This document shows positions 62,780 to 64,000 of a stretch of DNA of 64,000 bases, one piece after another. Numbering within the stretch: position 1 is the stretch's first letter; each line of letters starts with the position of its first letter. The DNA lies in NCBI GenBank assembly GCA_963665115.1, contig OY762007.1, positions 928,001 through 992,000 of the forward strand, read 5' to 3'. The DNA comes from an uncultured Rivularia sp. GTDB taxonomy: Bacteria > Cyanobacteriota > Cyanobacteriia > Cyanobacteriales > Nostocaceae. Under the pieces are notes generated by a model. The model did not search any database. It was given only the letters and a program-made list of their open reading frames with translations, and was not told the origin of the DNA. Both the position numbers and the translations under genes were made by a program.

Positions 62780-64000
62780 ATGAACTTGCGAACAAAACCA
62801 CTGGCGAATTCTCCAGAGAAACAAGCATTCGTGCTGTGGTTTGAAGAAATTGGTATTAATGATATTCCTATAGTTGGTGGCAAAAATGCATCTTTGGGAG
62901 AAATGATTGGACAGTTAACTCCAAAAGGCGTTAATGTTCCCACTGGTTTTGCCACTACTGCTTATGCTTATCGTTATTTTATTCAGTCGGCGGGGTTAGA
63001 AGAAAAGCTGCGGAATCTTTTTGCCGATTTGGATGTAGATGATTTACAAAATTTACGCATCAGAGCCAGGAAGGCGCGGAAGTTGTTGTTGCATACTCCA
63101 TTTCCCAAAGATTTTAGGAGTGCGATCGCCACATCATATAAAAAATTGTGCGAGCGTTATAATGCCGATACCGATGTTGCGGTGCGCTCTAGTGCGACTG
63201 CGGAAGATTTACCGGATGCAAGTTTCGCAGGGCAGCAGGAAACTTATCTTAATGTGACTACAATCGAAGAAGTTTTAGCAGCAACTCATCGTTGCTTTGC
63301 TTCATTATTTACAGATAGAGCAATTTCTTATCGGCATACGAAGGGTTTCGATCATTTTGATGTTGCCTTAGCGGTGGGAGTGCAAAAAATGGTGCGCTCG
63401 GATTTAGCGACTTCGGGGGTAATGTTTTCGATTGAAACCGAAAGTGGTTTTAAAGATGCGGCTTTGATTACAGCAGCTTATGGTTTGGGGGAAAATGTAG
63501 TTCAAGGTGCCGTAAATCCCGATGAGTACCATGTTTTTAAACCAACATTGATATCAGGATATCGCCCAATTATTGATAAGAGATTGGGTAGCAAAGAAAT
63601 CAAAATGATTTACGATGACGGCTCTAAAAATATCAAAAACGTGTCGGTGTCATCTGCCGAAAGAGATAAATTTGCTGTAAACGATGAAGATATATTACAG
63701 TTAGCGCGTTGGGCTTGTTTGATAGAAGATCATTATTCCCACGTCCACGGTAAATATACACCGATGGATATGGAATGGGCAAAAGATGGGATTACCAACG
63801 AATTATTTATAGTCCAAGCCCGCCCAGAAACGGTACAGTCGCAGAAGGTAAGTAATGTTCTGCGGAGTTATAAGTTTGTCGGGACAAGGGGACAAGGAGA
63901 CAAGGTGAATATTTCTCCCCCCTCTTCCCCCTCTACCCCCTCCCCTCATCTCCTGATCGCCGGGCGTGCTGTCGGTGAAGCGATTAGCAACGGCAAAGCG
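62780..64000 (+). CDS. ppsA: Phosphoenolpyruvate synthase, 5' part (runs off the window; absent from the ORF track)
   Basis: Manual translation: VGGKNASLGEM, VAVRSSATAEDLPDASFAGQQETYLN, PMDMEWAKDG, QARPETVQS; no stop before 64000. Confidence 0.93.
   Translation, partial: MNLRTKPLANSPEKQAFVLWFEEIGINDIPIVGGKNASLGEMIGQLTPKGVNVPTGFATTAYAYRYFIQSAGLEEKLRNLFADLDVDDLQNLRIRARKARKLLLHTPFPKDFRSAIATSYKKLCERYNADTDVAVRSSATAEDLPDASFAGQQETYLNVTTIEEVLAATHRCFASLFTDRAISYRHTKGFDHFDVALAVGVQKMVRSDLATSGVMFSIETESGFKDAALITAAYGLGENVVQGAVNPDEYHVFKPTLISGYRPIIDKRLGSKEIKMIYDDGSKNIKNVSVSSAERDKFAVNDEDILQLARWACLIEDHYSHVHGKYTPMDMEWAKDGITNELFIVQARPETVQSQKVSNVLRSYKFVGTRGQGDKVNISPPSSPSTPSPHLLIAGRAVGEAISNGKA

Noticed and set aside
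62776..62844. Frameshift at the start of ppsA
   Set aside because: ATG 62776 stops early, but ATG 62780 is open to the window end, so no indel is required.

Overview
AT-rich chromosomal window from a heterocyst-forming filamentous cyanobacterium (Nostocales; HIP1 GCGATCGC sites, heptamer STRR arrays, patN-like and HetZ-related genes). In order it carries: hormogonium polysaccharide glycosyltransferases (hpsN/O/P-like), a substrate-binding/vWA pair, a 1-Cys peroxiredoxin, a biliverdin-type phytochrome cluster, two tandem dynamin-like genes (the second fused to a J-domain), cysK, ygfZ, a LEA-like protein, a Ser/Thr kinase, a 12-kb four-gene surface operon, patN, ndhL, tRNA-Leu(UAA) with a group I intron, larC, a Sua5/YciO protein, rbfA and the 5' part of ppsA. 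The best candidate for an undescribed system is the operon at 31597-43452 (DUF11 protein, giant beta-barrel, beta-helix/OmpA protein, SdrD-repeat adhesin). The adhesin ends in a DUF11 Ig domain lacking its Asn-bearing strand, while the small DUF11 protein begins with an orphan copy of that strand, suggesting donor-strand, possibly isopeptide, anchoring. A near-consensus CRP box lies upstream. Also seen: a MITE cleanly interrupting a gene, repeats translated inside four proteins, an orphan IS605 right end, and six indels in short C/G runs that are probably sequencing errors. All family calls come from motif recognition and recall; no searches were run.
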